NCBI GenBank assembly: GCA_003971905.1 | Contig: RSEE01000041.1 | Location: 248,001-312,000 of the forward strand | Length of the DNA: 64,000 nucleotides | Origin: Moniliella sp. 'wahieum' | Taxonomy: Eukaryota | Direction of reading: 5' to 3' | Part shown: in pieces, positions 11,202 to 24,139 of the stretch | Position numbering within the stretch: position 1 is the stretch's first letter | How the letters are laid out: every line of letters begins with the position of its first letter | Position numbers and translations under genes: made by a program | The notes under the pieces: generated by a model | What the model saw: the letters and a program-made list of their open reading frames with translations, nothing else | The model's database searches: none | Told to the model about the DNA's origin: nothing

Positions 11202-14200
11202 CTAGGGCGTAATCGGCGCTACCGGTTCGGCGGCAGGATCCAAGGCGTCCACATGCTCGTCTGACACATTCTGTTCCTGCATGGGCTCGTCGGCAGCCTC
11301 CGCATCAACATCAAGAAGAGGCTCTTTTGATGACGTATCTGCGCTTGTTGGACTTGGTTCATGCGCAGGCTCTTGGGGAGCACCCGTCTCTGTCCCTGTG
11401 CTCGCCTTAGGCGTGTCAGCCGTGTGAGGAGAGCTGGGGCGGGGCTTGGCCGGAACAGGAGGGGGAGGCCCATAATCCGTATGTTCATCATTGGCCTCAC
11501 CATTCGTCTCGACAGGTGGCAGAGAAGGAGAAGGCGGGTCCGCAAGAGCGGGAGAGTGGCCTGCTGCAGCGAGCTGGGCACGCAAAGAGCGTACCAATCG
11601 TTGATGGTCGCGCACCAACGACTCGACCTTGTGTTGGTGTGCCGCATGGAGCGCCAGCAGATCCTCCTGGTCCAGCGCTGCCCAAGAGCCCGAAGATGAG
11701 CTCCCATGGCCATAGCCGTTGCGCTGGTCGTCCGGGCCCGAAGGGGCAGACGCTTAGGCCCGGAAAGAAGGGATTGCAATACGTCTTGATTTGACGCGGC
11801 CTCTTTTGCTTGGACAAGTCGGCTTTGAGCTCGGTAAGTTCATGCGATGCTTGGTTCAGCCGGGTTTGCATCTCGTCTCGCGAGCGTTGGGCTCGTGCAG
11901 CCTTTTGCGAGCGGTCGCAGCTTGTTCCTCTTCCTTCGTGGCGAGCTCTTGCAGAGATTCACACCGCTCCACCCAGGCTTGCTGAACACCTGCCAACTGC
12001 TCCACCCTGCGCCGATCGGCCTTTTCAAGTTCCTCAGCAAGAATCTTGTCTTGCTCCTGTTTCAACAGGTCAAACTGCTCGGCAAACGCATTTTGGGATT
12101 CGCGGAAGGCAGCTTGCGAGTCACGAAGTTCACGCTGCGTGTCCCGTAGCATCGCTGCCCGGCGCGAGACAGCGGCACCTTGTTGGGCGGCGGCGGCGGC
12201 CGCCGCTTCAAGCTTGGGCCAACTCATGCCGCAGATGCTCCGCTTCGCTGGCCTTGCCCACTGCAACATCCAGGGATTGTTGGAGCACCCCACGATCCAT
12301 CTCGCTAGTCTCCAACGCTGTAGAGAGACGCTCCACCTCGGCTTCCAGCGAAGCCACTTTAGCTTCAGTCGCCGCTTGGTCCCATCCTTCTTGCCAGACT
12401 GTTAGTTCCAACTCAGGTGGATCATATCAGAAGGAAACAAACGTACCCTGTTCATCCTTCGGCCTCTTCTACATGGACAGAGGCGTTTTCCTCCCTCCCG
12501 TACCGTCGGGCTCAGCCGTGAACGTGGTCCCATCGGTTACGCTGCGATCCGTGGATTTGTCCTCCGCTTTATCGGATTTTTGCGCAGGTTCATCCGTGGT
12601 CTCTGCGTAGGAGTTCCCGGAGCGGGAACGGGAGCTCCCGCCTCTTGGTCACTTGGATCAACTTGTTTCTTGGCTTCAAGGGCGCGGTGCGCCTGGTCTT
12701 GTGCCTCTTCTAATTGTTGTTGCAGGTCTTCCTTTTCTTTAAGAGCGGTAGTTAGATTGGCTTCCGTTGAAGCAAGCCCTGCCAGTGCCTCATCACGGCC
12801 CTTCTCTGCCTCTTCAAGCGGGTCCGGAGAGATTGAACCTCCTTCTCTTGCTCCAATAAGTGGTTGCGGCTTCTGCACGCTCCGACTCGGCCTTGTGCAG
12901 GGCATCCTGTACCCCATCCAGTCGGCATGAGCCTGCCCAGTTTCTGACGCGCTTCCTTCAACTCCTGCGCAGCACCTTGAGCAGCTGACGAGGCAGCTGC
13001 AGCCACCTCAGCACGGACCGAGGCTTGCGTCGCAGTCAAGGCTTCCTCGAGGATTTGGCGTTGTTCAGTGGCCTCTGACAGATCCGAGGTCAGTTGTTCC
13101 ACTCGCGCTTGAGCTTCCGTCATGCTCCGTCGAGCTGCCTTGGTTTCCTCTCTGGCTTGAGCCAAACGAGTCTCCAAGTCGGAACGGACCGACTCGGCTT
13201 GTGCCTGGGCACGGGAAGCTTGTTGTTGAGCATCGCCAGCTCTTCAATAACTGTCTGCGCGTCGCGGGCTTCCTTCTGGGCTTGAGCCACCTTGGCCTCC
13301 GCCTCGCTCAGTGCGCTTGGGCTTGGGTGCGAGCATCGACCTCAGCAGCGCGAGCCAATTCGGCTTCTTGAAGCGCAGCCTTGAACCTTTCACTTCTTCC
13401 GCCGTGACTTGGACCTCATCCAACTTGAGTTGCAATCCTTGGTTCTCTCCTTGAAGTTGCTTGATTTGCTCTGAAAGCGCCGCCAGAGTCGCTTGACCAT
13501 CCGTCGTCTTGGAAGGAGGTTGAGGAGAAGAGGTGCAACACGGGAGCATCGTCCTTGGTCGGTCTGAGACCAGTCAGGTGGCTCATCCTCGGTAATTTCG
13601 TTCTCAGCAGCTTCACCCCCTTGGTCCTTTTGAGGCGTGGCATGGTCCAGATCACGCGAACCGATGGTCTCGCCAGATCCAGTTGAATCCTTGGCCTGCT
13701 TCAATTGCTCCATCGCCTCATGCCATTTGGCTCTAGTATCGGACAGATGACGCTGGGTCGCCTCCAAATCCAACTCAAGTCGCTTCTTTTGCGCATCGGC
13801 AGCGGCCGCAGCGCGATCATGGTCCGTACTCATCTGCTTCTTGAGCCGCTGGACCTCTTCGTCGTGTGTGGCTCGCAACTGTGCGACCGTCTCGGCCATC
13901 TGCTGCTTAACTTTCTTCAGGTCTTGCACGTGGTCCTCGCCGGCATTCAAGCGGACGGAATCAAGGGCAGCCTCATGCTCCTCCCTCTCCTTGTCCAGGT
14001 GTCGTTCAGTCAGCCAACTGCGCCGCATGTCGGCTCTGTGCCTCCTGTAACACCCTTGTGGTTGGCAGCAGCCGTGTCCAAAGCTGCCGTATGCTCCTTC
14101 CTCAACGTCTCCTTCGCTTCGGCTGTGGCCAAGCTTACCTTGCCCGGTGGGCATCGATCTCTTCCTTCTGCTTGGCAACAGTGTCATTTGCTTGAGTGAG

Positions 14201-16121
14201 ATCGGCTTGGAGTTGGTCATGGGCCGCCTGGAGCGCCTGGAGCTGATCCGCATACCCATCCCGCTCGGTTTGGCTTGTGGTCAATGCAGCGCGGAGCTTC
14301 TCTGCCTCAGCTTTGTGCTCGGACAACTCAGCAGCGTGCTTCGCGAGCGTCTCGCGCTGCAACGTTTCGGCATCACGCTGCCCTGCCGCTGCTTCTTGCT
14401 CTAGCTCTTCAATGCGACGACCCGACTCGCGTACAGCCGTCTCCATCTCCTTCTGCAACTTTTCGCGGCGTTCCCGCTCGGCTTCCAATTCCAGCACCAC
14501 ATCTTCCAGGTCCTCGTCGGCCTTGGACCGCTCGGCAGACAGCTGTCGCACCCGCTGCACTTCCTCGTCTTTTTCAAACCGAACCTCCTCAATTGCCTTC
14601 TCCCCCGCCTCAACTTGTTCCTTGAGCTGCGCCACATTTTGGCCCAGGGCAAACGATTCTGACCGAGCCTTGCTCAGGTCCTCTTGCAGCTGAGCAAGTT
14701 CGGTCATGCGGTCCTGGTGCTCCGTTTCCAATTTCTTCTGCGCTTCGGCCAAATCGGCCTTGGCAGCCTCTAAAGCCACCGCCACCTCCGCCACCTCGTC
14801 CTCCTTCTTCCCAACCTGAGCCTGCTGCGCCTCCATTTCAGCCCGCAGTTCCTCCACCTTGGCTTGCAACTCCTCCCGTTCGGTATGCGCAGCGTCCACT
14901 TCGGCTTGCAGTTCCTCCTGCTTGACATGGGCAGCATCCAAGTCGGCTTGCAGTTCCTTTACCTTGGCCGCCGCCGTGCTCGGTGCCGCCGCTGTGGTCC
15001 GAGCCGAAGTGAGTGTAGAACGAGCCGTGGTACTGGTCGGACTCCGCGCTGTAGTCAGCCCCGGCTTCGTCGCAGGAGAGGCGGTGCCAGACCGAGTTCC
15101 AGGTGAGGTGGGGCTGCGGGTGCCCGAGACACCGGGCCGAGGAGCGACACCGAGTCGGGACGCGGACCGAGCAACCGAGGGGGAAGCAGTGGATGAAACG
15201 GATGGGCGAGCAGCAGAGGAGCGAGCAGTGGTGGCGGTGGGAGGTGAACGGCGGATGGGCTTGAGCCGGCGGGACGCGGGGAAAGGCTGGTCCGCGCAGC
15301 TCCCGGCCGAGCGGAAGCGGCTGGGGTGCGGGTACTCATCGAACTCGAAGGACGCGAAGGACTCGGTGTCACTCCCGTTCGAGTAACGCCCGCGCGCGCC
15401 GTCGCCGTCGTCGTAGCGCCAGCTCGGGCGGCAGGTGAGGCCGTAGACCCCACGGACAGGCGCGCCCGGCCTCGTCGTTGTCACACCGGGCCGAGGGGTT
15501 GAAACGGGCGTGCGGGATGATGGGGTCGTCCAGTCCGGGAGGCAGGGGCGGTAGCAGTCCGCGCGGAAGCAGCTCTACTCGCAGGGGTCGACAGTTGTCG
15601 TTGTACCTGGTCGACGCGCCGCGGCAGTCGAGGGTCGCCGCTGTGTGCCCCGCACAGTAGGACGAGCAGTTGATGTGGATGGAGTAACACCAGGACGGCG
15701 AGCGGAAGTTGCTGTAGCACCAGGACGGGACGTTGCCGGGCGGGAAGAGGCGGCCCCAGGCGCGCGGTAGTTGCGCGAGCAGGGGCAGACGGGGTAGGAG
15801 ACGGTTCGGCACTCGCCTCATCGTCATCGTTCTCGCTCCCGGCAGCATCGGCGGCAGCGGGGGCATCAAGAGCATCCTCCGATTGTTTCCCATATCGGAT
15901 AACACGTCATCGTCGGCACCATCTGTCGGCTCTTCTTGCTCTTGCACCTGGGCCAGCTCGTCCTCGAGCGTGAGGTCGTGTTCGCCCTCGGGCAGCTCCA
16001 AGTGGGGGCCCAGTTGGGCGTCGCTGGCGGGGTCCTGCTCAACGTCGTCGGCAGGCTCGAGGTCGCTCAGCGGCTGCTCCTCCTCGAGCTCGTCCTCGGG
16101 GAGCTCGTGATGGGCGGCCAT
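11202..16121 (-). CDS. Very large coiled-coil protein (acidic N-terminus, basic S/T/R/P-rich region with RPG[AV] repeats, long E/K/A/Q heptads); multiply frameshifted
   Basis: Consecutive minus-strand ORF fragments 15369-16121, 14135-15484, 13390-14259, 12752-13177, 12537-12917, 11856-12293 and 11202-11618 share composition and abut; internal 14-aa repeat ELQADLDAAHVKQE/ELQAEVDAAHTERE. Confidence 0.65.
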
Positions 16122-16763
16122 GGGGGGGGCCGGTGCTGCAGGGGGATGGTGGCGGGGCGGCGGCAGGCACCAGCTGGTAGGAGCGCGTGGGCGCTGCTGG
16201 CCGTCTGAACGTTCAAGTGGGATGCATATGCGCGACAGGCCGCTCCACCACGTAAAACTTTCACCGCCGCTGGCCTTAGGCCTTAGGCCTAACTAGTAAC
16301 TGCCGACCCCGTAGGAACGCAACTGGCAGAACGAAGCACACCCGCAAGGGCGGTGGGCCGAGCTCAAGCTCCACGCTTCCCGCTCAGTGTCCAGGTAGCC
16401 TCGATCTTCAACACCTGCCAAGGAAGCTTCAGGCTTGAAGCGTTAACATCCACATCTCAGCGTAACGCCCTGGGAGGACCACACCTCGAGGCGAGTATCA
16501 ACAGCTCTGCCTGTGGGGCAGGTCTACCCGACATGCCTCTCAGTACTCTCATCGACCACCATTATACAAATCCGTCGGATGACCAGCTACAAACACACAG
16601 CCGCACAAGCAATTGGGGGAAGTGACCGCCAAGGTCGAGGATTCTGTGCAAAATGCGCAGACCATTTTGTCCGAGCCAAAGGCTACGGTCGCAACCGCGT
16701 ATCCATAGGGTACATGGAGCCAACGGCGAGAAGCGTGGCGGAGACTGCAGGGGCTGACATCTC

Positions 16764-17314
16764 TTAAGCCGAAGCACGGGCCACGGCCGGGTTGACCTTC
16801 TTGCCGTCCTTGTTGAAGCGCACGCGCACGGGGGGCGCACGGTTGCGGCGGTCAACACGCGAGCGCACACGCACCGTCTTCGAGTGGATGGCGCACGAAA
16901 CGCAGTAGTGGACCTTGTTGTACAGCTTGGGCAGCGTGTACTCGGCGTACACCGAGGCCTCGCTCATGTCGCGCACAGCGGCCGCCTCGACAACGTTACG
17001 GACAGTGAAACGCTTGATCGCCTTGTCCTTGGGAACCGCGCGCGAGCAGTTCGAGCAGCGGACAAGTTGACGTGGCCACGGCCGTGCTTGTTGCGGCCAC
17101 CGTTCCTGCGCTTGGTCGTCACTGAGCACAAGGGGGGGAGGGAAACCAGTCAGTTCGCCGTGTCGGCCAGGGGAAAGGAAGGGTGGCGGAAGCTGCAAGC
17201 GCGCGAGGTCGGCAATGGGCCATCGAGGCTCATCCGAGCGGGAGAACGGCAGAACACCAACCGCAGCGCTCGCAGCAGGACCCGGCGTGGGAGCAGCGGC
17301 AACGAAGACTCACT
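16764..17314 (-). CDS. RPS26: 40S ribosomal protein S26 (eS26)
   Basis: [97 protein letters not shown]. Intron 17122-17313 (GTGAGT...CTGAC...CTCAG) splits the start codon A|TG; one base is missing near 17066. Confidence 0.97.
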
Positions 17315-17463
17315 GTTGGGCAAAAGGATCTGCTGACTGGTGAGGGGCAAGCAGATGGCGAGCAAGAATGCGCCTAGGCGGGGACGAGGGACAGCGAACA
17401 CAACCACGCAGCGAAATAATAGGGTTGTGCAATCCGCCTGAGGCGCAATAAATCAGGGGCGCA

Positions 17464-17471
17464 TATGACTG
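17464..17471 (-). promoter_or_regulatory. Homol-D-like element in the RPS26 promoter
   Basis: CAGTCATA, one mismatch to the fungal ribosomal-protein Homol-D box CAGTCACA, about 150 bp upstream of the start codon. Confidence 0.3.
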
Positions 17472-18751
17472 CGGTGGGGCGAGTGATCAGCGAGTGGGCA
17501 GGAGCGCGTGATCGATGGTCGATCGGTGATCCAGCCGTCGAACCGCCCAGTCGGCCGTCAGGGTCACGTGCAGTGGCAGATCCCAGAGCGGAGGCTGGGT
17601 CTGGAACGTCAGGCCTAACCTTAACTGGTTAGCACGCCCGGTGTCGCTGAGCAAAACGGGGCCGATGTACGTTCAACTGAACACTGAACGGTCCCGAAGA
17701 ATCCTCAAGTTTGACGCACTGATGGATTCCGTATCTGATGAGTGGGTTGGAGTGGCTCATGGAGCTTGAAGCTTGAAGCTTGAAGCCAGGGGATGGTGCA
17801 GCAGAGCGTAACCCACAAACGCACCACAGTATAGGGGCGTTCTGAATATAAGCGTCGCTGCGACAACCCCTGCCCCCGCTTTTTTCAATCAAGGGGTGAT
17901 AGCCGCCCACCCGCAACACCGCTGCTACTCCTACGGGATTCAGTCTGGCGAGAATGCAGTGGGCAAAATGAGGACAAGGGCTTATACTAGACGATATCCT
18001 TCTGACGGTGCAAGAAGCGGTGCATCAAGGTTGGGTTTTTGGGTTGCGACGAGCTGCGCTTTACACTGCAGCAGTTAAGAGTGGAGTCAGTGGGCTCGAG
18101 GGGTTTTGAAGTGTGTCTTAACTGTAGTTTGGTGCTCTCACCGCAGTCTTCACTTTTCTGTATACTCTACATCATAGCCTCTGATCCACAGCCCAAATAT
18201 CGTGTATATCACACCCGGATGGCCGACGACGGTGGCCGTGGCGATGCAGAGAGGAACCTGGGAATGGGAAATCGGCAATGAGTGATGCAGGAACGGGTAA
18301 GTCACCCCCCCGACCAGGGGGGAGGTAGGTATGGTATATTTGGTGTATGACCCTACTCTCAATTTGGGTTTTGTTGGCCGTCCTAATCGATAATCGCACT
18401 TGTTGTCAATGGGCAAGATAGGCCCGCCGGCGGCAACTGAATGAGAGTGTTAAACGTTATAAGAGCTGAGCTCAGACTGAGCGCTCAGCGCTCCTCCTGA
18501 GCTCTCTGGCTGCTGCACGCCTTTCAACGTCTTCTGCCACCACCGCCACCCATCTGCCCCCTCGTTCGCCTCGCACTGACCCCTTTCATTGGTGGGGCGC
18601 ATCTCATCGGCTCTGCTGTCTGCTCCGTTCCCCCATACTTGCTCCATCAAACTCCACACCCACAACCGCTCTCGAAGTGCGATAGACCTGTCCCTCCCTC
18701 ATTCCATCACTGCAAGGATTCTTCCATTCGCCTTCGTGTCATTTCCCAACT

Positions 18752-21522
18752 ATGCCTCACAACACCTCTTCCGAGCGTAGCCTTGCCTCCACCAGTGAAG
18801 GCACGCCCAGCTCCCTGCGCTACCCACTCGACCCCTCCATCCTTGCCACACCTGCCAGCACTGTTGATGCAGACTATGAACAACTTCCCCCTTCGGCCGG
18901 ACCCAAGAACGGCGCCTGTGTTTCCGACCCCACGGCAGCCCTTCCAAGCGCCACGTGTCCGTCAAGGGCTATTCCGCTAGGGAGCTCGACCCACTACGAT
19001 GCTTCATCTTCCAACCCTCTACCCTCCCATGCTACCCCCCTCTGCTACGAGGATTGTAGTAGCGTCAACACTTTTACCTCTTTTAGCGCTTCCAGCTTTA
19101 CATCCTCCAAAGAAGAAGGTACCGACCACCCGTCCCCAACGCAACTTCCGCCTGTCACCTTCGGGCCCACCCTTCTCCCTATTGAGCATGGCTCGGAGAA
19201 AACGAGGAAAACGAGAACGGAGGCGCGCAAGGCATCAGGTCAAAACCTAGAATTGGCCAACCAATCTTTTTGTCCCTCGAGCTATAGCAAGGGCATGCTT
19301 TCACCGTACCGCGAAAGCAGCTTCCTTTCCATGAATTCATCTCCTCGTTCAGCCTCAAATCCTGTGTCTCTAGGCTCGCCCATCTCGCCCGTCTCTCCGG
19401 TTTCGCCCGCCTCGCCCATGGGGGCCAACCTCAGTAATGGCGTTGGAAATGCTACGTCCCCTACTCGAAGGGAGCCACGGGCTCATCGTGCTCCAGCTTT
19501 GGACGATACACCCGTGTCGCCCACTACGGCGGAAGCGCTTCAAAAAGAGGTACGCGAGAGCCTGGACTGGTTGTATGATGAGTTGTCATCTAGCGAAGCG
19601 AATGGCGATTCTGGACTGCCCGATCTACCGGAAGCCAGCTCGTTTATCTCATCATCCGCACTCTTGGCTTCTCCCGCATGCTTTGGTCCGCGTCGTCATC
19701 CCAACTCTCGCACTGGTCCTCATTTTCAAACAGCGTTGTCCTTTGGTAGTATGCAGCAAGGGCGGAAACAGTTGAGGCGAGCAAATCGTCCTCCGTCCAT
19801 TCGCATCTCACACAATCCTGACGCCCCGAAGGCGAGATTGGCTGACACGGACGTGCACGTTCCCACTCGTACTCCTTCCATTAGACAATCCAAGACGTGC
19901 TTCGTCCCCCCCGTCCCCAGCATGGACTCCAAACTGCCCAACAGCCCGACCAATAAGACAATCAAACGCAGTGTACGGTTCGCCTCTCCTCGCGGGCAAA
20001 AGCGCGTTCCCCTTCCAGGAGAAGGCAAGGGTTTCTTGCACTCGGAACTGCTATCGCGATGGTTGAACGAATCGACAGCCAGCTCAGACCCTCAGGCTTT
20101 CGGCATACCCTCTCTACATGCCTTGCATCCGTCTCGCACATCAATGGAATCCAAGAGCTCTTCTCCCCTCAAGACAGGTCCTACTTCGCCTGTCACACCC
20201 CGAACGAGCAAGAAGGAGACAATGGAGCAGAAAGGGCGTATGACCACCCCGGGTGCACCACCATCATCCAGTCGACTTGGTACAACCGTCAACAGTGATA
20301 CTCCTAAGAGTTTGGTCGTCTCGTTGCCACCAATTGAGTGCAAGCCCTCATCTTTTCCCCCATCTACGGCCAGCCACACCGTGGGAAGCAGTGCCACCCC
20401 TCTCTCGACGACCCCGGTCTCTTCGCAGTCTACCACCCGAATCACTGCCCCGACGTCATTCCCTAAGAACCCTAAGACATTGCGTTCGAGTGGAGTAATG
20501 CGTCGAACAAGCGCAAAAGCGGACCTAGGTCAGGTCAAGGAAAGTAAGGTGGACACCGCCATACCCCACGGATCAAGAGCCGAGTGGCATGAGTTGCGGC
20601 ACCGTGGATCCGATTCGGAGTTGGTTCACCCCACCGTGCGCCAATCTGGCTCCAGTTCCCCCCTGAGAATGTCCCATGCGGTCCTGCATCGCCCATTGTA
20701 TCCTTTACCACTCAGGGAGGCCAGACGGATACGGCCACGACTAGCGAACCCCAGAGGGAGAAGGTGCCAAACTCACCCATAAACTATAATTCCCCTATCA
20801 CCCGGTCAAAGTTGCCTATGGGCGGACCACGAGGGCGCGTGGGGTGGATCGCATGAAGCGTTTGGGTAGGTTCCATTCTGCCGAGTCTCTGAAGGACCAA
20901 GGTGGAGTTGACTCGGGGTCGTATGATATTACACATGATGGGGGCAAGAAGCCCCTGAGAGCAACGGTGACTCCGCTCGAGCCGAACGGGTTTGGTCCCA
21001 ACCGTATTGACGGCCGTCCCAGCGGACCTGGGCAGCACATCATGGCGGCACCTAGTCCAACCGAGCACAAAAGAAACCAGAAAGGTGACCACAGCTTGCG
21101 CTCGATACGCTCTCATCGCCACAACTCCTTGAACCCCGATTCCTGCGACAATACGCCGAAAGGTTCTGCACCCAATACAGCCTCCTTCCTCCCCAGCTCT
21201 CCTCCACCATAGCCCTCCTTCGCCTGTCTATCGCCGCACCCAGCCGTTTTCCTTGGACCTTCCGGAAGCAGGAAAAAGCGCCACATCGCTCCTCTCGTCA
21301 GTGACGAATCGGTTTGATACGTTGCCCTCGCGCATTCGGTCGCGCCCGTCGGGCTTGATCAGTAGCATTCGCTCCTCGGCTCCCATTCGGCGGCCCGACG
21401 TGATCGCCGCGTCTGATGCAGTTGGGGCAGCGAACACCATAATGACGCTCACCGCTCTGCACCTCCCGGGGTGGGATGCACGCTTCAATCTGGAGTATGA
21501 GGACATGGTCCATCGCCAATAA
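18752..21522 (+). CDS. Large Ser/Pro/Thr-rich low-complexity protein of unknown function
   Basis: 676-aa ORF from ATG 18752, continued by same-strand ORFs 20844-21212 and 21253-21522 of similar composition; no recognisable domain; the 3' end could extend to about 21739. Confidence 0.55.
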
Positions 21523-22239
21523 CCCAATGGTGGGTCGCACGGCCAACGCCACTTTCACCCCTCCTCCCGTCGCGGCCAGTGGACCGGATTTCAGCCGATC
21601 CCACCCCCCCGTCACTTCTACTTACTTGCGTGTCCGCACGGCTGCTGAAGAGGCACCAACCAAGCGTACCTCGCTGCGGCCAGCGTCCTTGGTCGGGCCC
21701 AATCTGCGCTCCGTTTCGGTCGGATCGCTCTTAAACTGAGTGGGGCCGCATGCACTTGCACGCGCCGCCCTGTCTCTTTTTGTATCTCGCACTCTCTTGG
21801 CGCCTTGGGGCACTCATCTCCCACATATCATCCTACTCCCCCACGATCGTTATCCAGTCTATACCACAGTCTTTTGGCCCCTTGACCCCGAGGGGCACCT
21901 CTCACGTTCATTCGTCTCCAGGCTAACCCACTACGCTCATTGTATCGCGAGTTTTGTTGTCCCGGATTCTTGGCCTCTCGGAAGTGACCCAAACTCCTGG
22001 ATCGGTGCCTGTACCGCCCATTCCTCACCATGTTTCGTCCCATGTGTTCGGCTTTCGACCCTTTCCGCCCCCATGTTTTCCCCATGTATCCTGGCAGAAT
22101 TGAATAGGTTGGGTGTCTCCGAATAGCAGCTATACCTGGCGTGGGAGGTACGACAGGGTTTGGTCAAGTCAATAGGCTCAAGGATGGCCCAGACAGGACG
22201 AGACGACGTCCAAGTAGCATGAGCGCGGGGCATCGTAGA

Positions 22240-22265
22240 GAATCGAATCGAATCGAATCGAATCG
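22240..22265. repeat. (GAATC)n pentanucleotide microsatellite downstream of RAD23
   Basis: gaatcgaatcgaatcgaatcgaatcg read directly. Confidence 0.85.
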
Positions 22266-22315
22266 GGCAAGCGTTGCAGAGCCCGTCGCCCAACCAAAAA
22301 ATAGCACAAAAGCGA

Positions 22316-23556
22316 CTACTCCTCCCCCTCATCAAAGCAGTACGACACGGCCAACTCGACGTTTTTGCCACAGACAAAGTACGCTTCAATCGCCTTTTCT
22401 TGAGGGATGCCCATCGAAGTGATGGTCTCAATGTTGCTCCGGTCCTCGGGTTCCAACGAGTCAAACGTGGGCAAATCCATCGACTCCATTCCCTCCGGCT
22501 GGAACCCTTGGAGCAACCGCAGTAGTTCGGCCGGGTTGGAATGCAGCGCCTGAGCAAGTTGGGGGTTGTGTTCGGCCAAAGCCTGCACCAGAGGTTGTAG
22601 CGCGGCGGGATTCTCCTCGGCCAAAGCCTGGAGTTGCCTCAGCATGGCCGGGTCGCCCAAATCCAAGACTTCTTGCCCATCCTCATCCACGTCACCTCCA
22701 AACGGTCCCACATCCCTGCCTTGTGCCGCCTGCGCTGCTGCCGCCTCAAAGAGGTTACCGGGTGTGCGCGCGGGGGTGGAGCTGGTTGGGGTGGAGGAGA
22801 CTACGGGTGATGGGGGTGTCAGCAGGTTCAGGGGCGTCGAACCTTCGGGGTAGCCCATCATCAGGTATTCCACGGCCCGATCGGGGTTGTTGTACGATGC
22901 ACGCAGGGCCCGTTTTACTTCGGATCGCGGGAACCCCATCTCCACGATATGGTCCTCGGCCCCACGCAAGGCCGAGCCTGCCAAAAACTCGTTTGTACCC
23001 CGGCTGCGGGCGCAGGGAGGGGTGCACTTCCAGGCGTAGCCATCTCGCTTGACGAGGCGGGTGCAGAGGCAGGATTAGGCGCGGAAGCAGAGTCTACTTC
23101 CATCCGTTCTACATCTGAGGACTTGGGTTCCGTGTCCGGTGCGGCCGATGCGTCTGGGCAGACTTAGTGTCGGCCTTAGTCTCAGGCTCCTCGGTCGGTG
23201 GTACCTTTTGTTCGGGGGCAGCAGGCGGAGGGGGGGGCTTGGCAGCTGCCTTGGCGGGTTTGGGCTTGGATACCATCGAGACGAGAAAGTCCTTCTCGTG
23301 GATGTTGCATGCCTCGACAGTTTGCTCGTTGCTGAGGATCTTGCCGGCAAAAATGATCTTTTGGTTCTCGACAGGGTGGCCCTTGGCTGTGGTAATCTTT
23401 TCCTTGACGGTTAGGATCTGGCGGGGAAGCAAGCAAGACAGGGGTCAGCAGCCAGGAGCAGATGGCAGACACGTAAGGACACCAACGCACTGTATCGGAG
23501 GGCTCGGCATTGACGGTGTAGGTGCCGCCGGTGAGGGCCTTGATGGTGAGCTGCAT
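22316..23556 (-). CDS. RAD23: UV excision repair / proteasome shuttle protein Rad23 (UBL-UBA-XPC-binding-UBA)
   Basis: [33 protein letters not shown]...[13 protein letters not shown]1 [32 protein letters not shown]1-like [25 protein letters not shown]2 [22 protein letters not shown]; intron at about 23420-23490. Confidence 0.95.
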
Positions 23557-23585
23557 GGTAGCGAGCAAGAGGATGGTTGTTGGTT

Positions 23586-23631
23586 CCCAGACGCTTGCTT
23601 GGTGTTTTAACCCAGACGCTTGCTTGGTGTT
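23586..23631. repeat. 21-bp direct repeat x2 (period 25) in the RAD23 5' region
   Basis: CCCAGACGCTTGCTTGGTGTT at 23586-23606 and 23611-23631. Confidence 0.9.
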
Positions 23632-24139
23632 GCTCCAAACACGCCGGTCCACCGCGGTCAACGACAGCTGACGTAACGCAGGCTGTCATGCCTGGAGCGG
23701 AAGGTTGTTTGGCATCGGACAGGGTTCGGCATTGGGCGGTGCGGCCGTCGGTGACAGGAGTGAGACCGCCGGAGTGATGCCACTGTCACGTGCTGCATGT
23801 CACGTGGAGGGGGAAGGACTGAGGCCGAGGACTGATATCGAGGAGCTGGTGACGTCGGCGCAGGCCAGGGCCACATGGTCACAATCGTCAACCCAGGCCC
23901 GGGCCAGCACGCATGCTCGCACTGGAGGGTGAGGCCGGGGGATGCATGACGAAGCTCGGTGGGTGTGGTGGATATACGGTGGATATCGCCTGCATTATTA
24001 TACCACCGTCGTTTTGCCTGTCTTTTTCCCAGGTAGCCGTCGCCCCCACACCCTTCTCCCCACCTCCACCGCCTCGGCATCCGCTCGCTCCCGCCTCCTC
24101 CAGCTCGTACAGGCCACCCCGCTGCGTTGCCTGCCCACC

